A stretch of 64,000 bases of DNA. Origin: Rhina ancylostomus (lineage: Eukaryota). Below are positions 62,779-64,000 of this stretch, in pieces (the stretch's first letter is position 1; each line of letters begins with the position of its first letter). The notes under the pieces were generated by a model. The model did no database searches and was not told the origin of the DNA. It worked only from the letters and a program-made list of their open reading frames with translations. The stretch is taken from positions 38,344,457-38,408,456 of the forward strand of contig JARFYF010000050.1 in NCBI GenBank assembly GCA_030265395.1. The letters run 5' to 3'. A program made the translations under genes and the position numbers.

Positions 62779-62900
62779 TAAGTTCCTCCAGTACTTACTG
62801 CAGAAGTAGTCACCATGCACCTCAGCAGGGTCCACTAGCTCCCACATCAAGCAGCTTCAGCACATCACCATGTCCTCCATCTGAACTATTCTTTCCCTAC
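62779..62900 (-). mobile_element. CR1 ORF1 zinc-finger fragment
   Basis: C*SCLMWELVDPAEVHGDYFCSKY, the CxxC.MWE...DY.C.KC motif. Confidence 0.55.
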
Positions 62901-64000
62901 CTAGTTTTATCCTACTTAAAATTCATAACAATAACAGGTAAACCTTACTCTATCTACTCCAATCAGAGACAGCTCAGTGGTTTTGCATGTCAAATGCCTT
63001 AAAGATTCTTAATGCTTAAGCCAACAGAGCAGAATGAATTAATCAAAATGTTGTACTCCAAACGACCAGCCCAGTGGTTGCCTTTTCCAATGTACGTGGC
63101 ATTCTTGTACTGCACCTGCCTGGTCAGTGAAGTACTGTATTGAAATTACTGAACACCTTAAAACAAAAGTACTCAGACATTACACATACAGATGCTTAAA
63201 GATTCACAGCTGAATCAGCAGCTGAGAGGGTAGATGCCAGTCATTTTTTTTAAAACTTGTGCTCAAACTGAAATGACAGACATATGGAGAGAATGTATGG
63301 ACAAGAGCTACACCATAGGGAGACTTGGCCTTAAGTGTCAGATCCTGATATTGCAGTCAGAAAAATTCAATATTCAAACCCCAGACTTTGAATACAAACA
63401 AGTTAATAGCACATCCTTTTTGTAAAAACTTCCAATTAGAATCATGGTCCAACAGCCTAGCAAGGCCACAGCAGATGCACTTACCTGTGCTTTCAGCACA
63501 AGTATAATTTTCACCATTTACATATTGCTGGGATAACCATTCAAGCCCAATTACAAATCTAAAGTACAGTAGTTATCCCTTTACGTGTCATTTTACAGAC
63601 TAGTTTTTGAACACCACACTTCCTGTTGATAGCATGAAAATAATTCTAGTGAAGGTTTAGGCTCAAAGTACCTGCTGATCCTCATTCACTCCAGGTTTAT
63701 CCTCTCACCATTAACAGTTACACAACAGTTGTGCCAGGATCTGTATTACACCACTTAAAAATAGGCTTCCATAATTCAAGTGGATGAAAATACATTGAAA
63801 GGTTATTGTACAGGGCACAAAGATCAAACATAATGCAGACATTGTGTTACATCATGCACAGAAATGGCAGATAACTGCATGCTCAAAGAAAAAAAATTCA
63901 TTCTGCAATCCTGGCAAGAAGTTCACACACTCCAAAGGTACACTATGTTGGTTAGCTAAGGCACCATTGAATTTGTGTCGGATACTGACACCAGGGTTAC

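Noticed and set aside
62790-62900. Minus-strand exon with a GTAAGT donor as a JPT1 exon
   Set aside because: Stops in all three frames; the sequence matches a CR1 ORF1 zinc finger.

Overview
This is eukaryotic vertebrate genomic DNA. The repeat content (CR1, V-SINE/HE1, Penelope-like, Rex1/Babar, fish-type L1) suggests a cartilaginous fish; that is an inference. The draft assembly has many N gaps. Host genes recognised by spliced translation: the last 7 coding exons of LLGL2 (+, 793-5955); the last two exons of an avidin-family gene that the ORF track misses (+, 21180-22258); a complete 5-exon MRPS7 with a CpG-island promoter (+, 29809-39298); and the terminal exon of JPT1/HN1 (-, 47497-47630). 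The most unusual object is a degraded endogenous retrovirus (about 23.0-26.7 kb). It carries a 2H-phosphoesterase-like domain between protease and RT, and it is laid out in circularly permuted order around one LTR: gag 3' part, pro, 2H, RT/RNaseH, PPT, LTR, PBS(tRNA-Ser), leader, gag 5' part. Also present are a second retroviral RT remnant, many Penelope-associated minimal hammerhead-like motifs, and a local inverted duplication. All calls come from reading the sequence and from remembered family motifs; no searches were run, and repeat boundaries are approximate.
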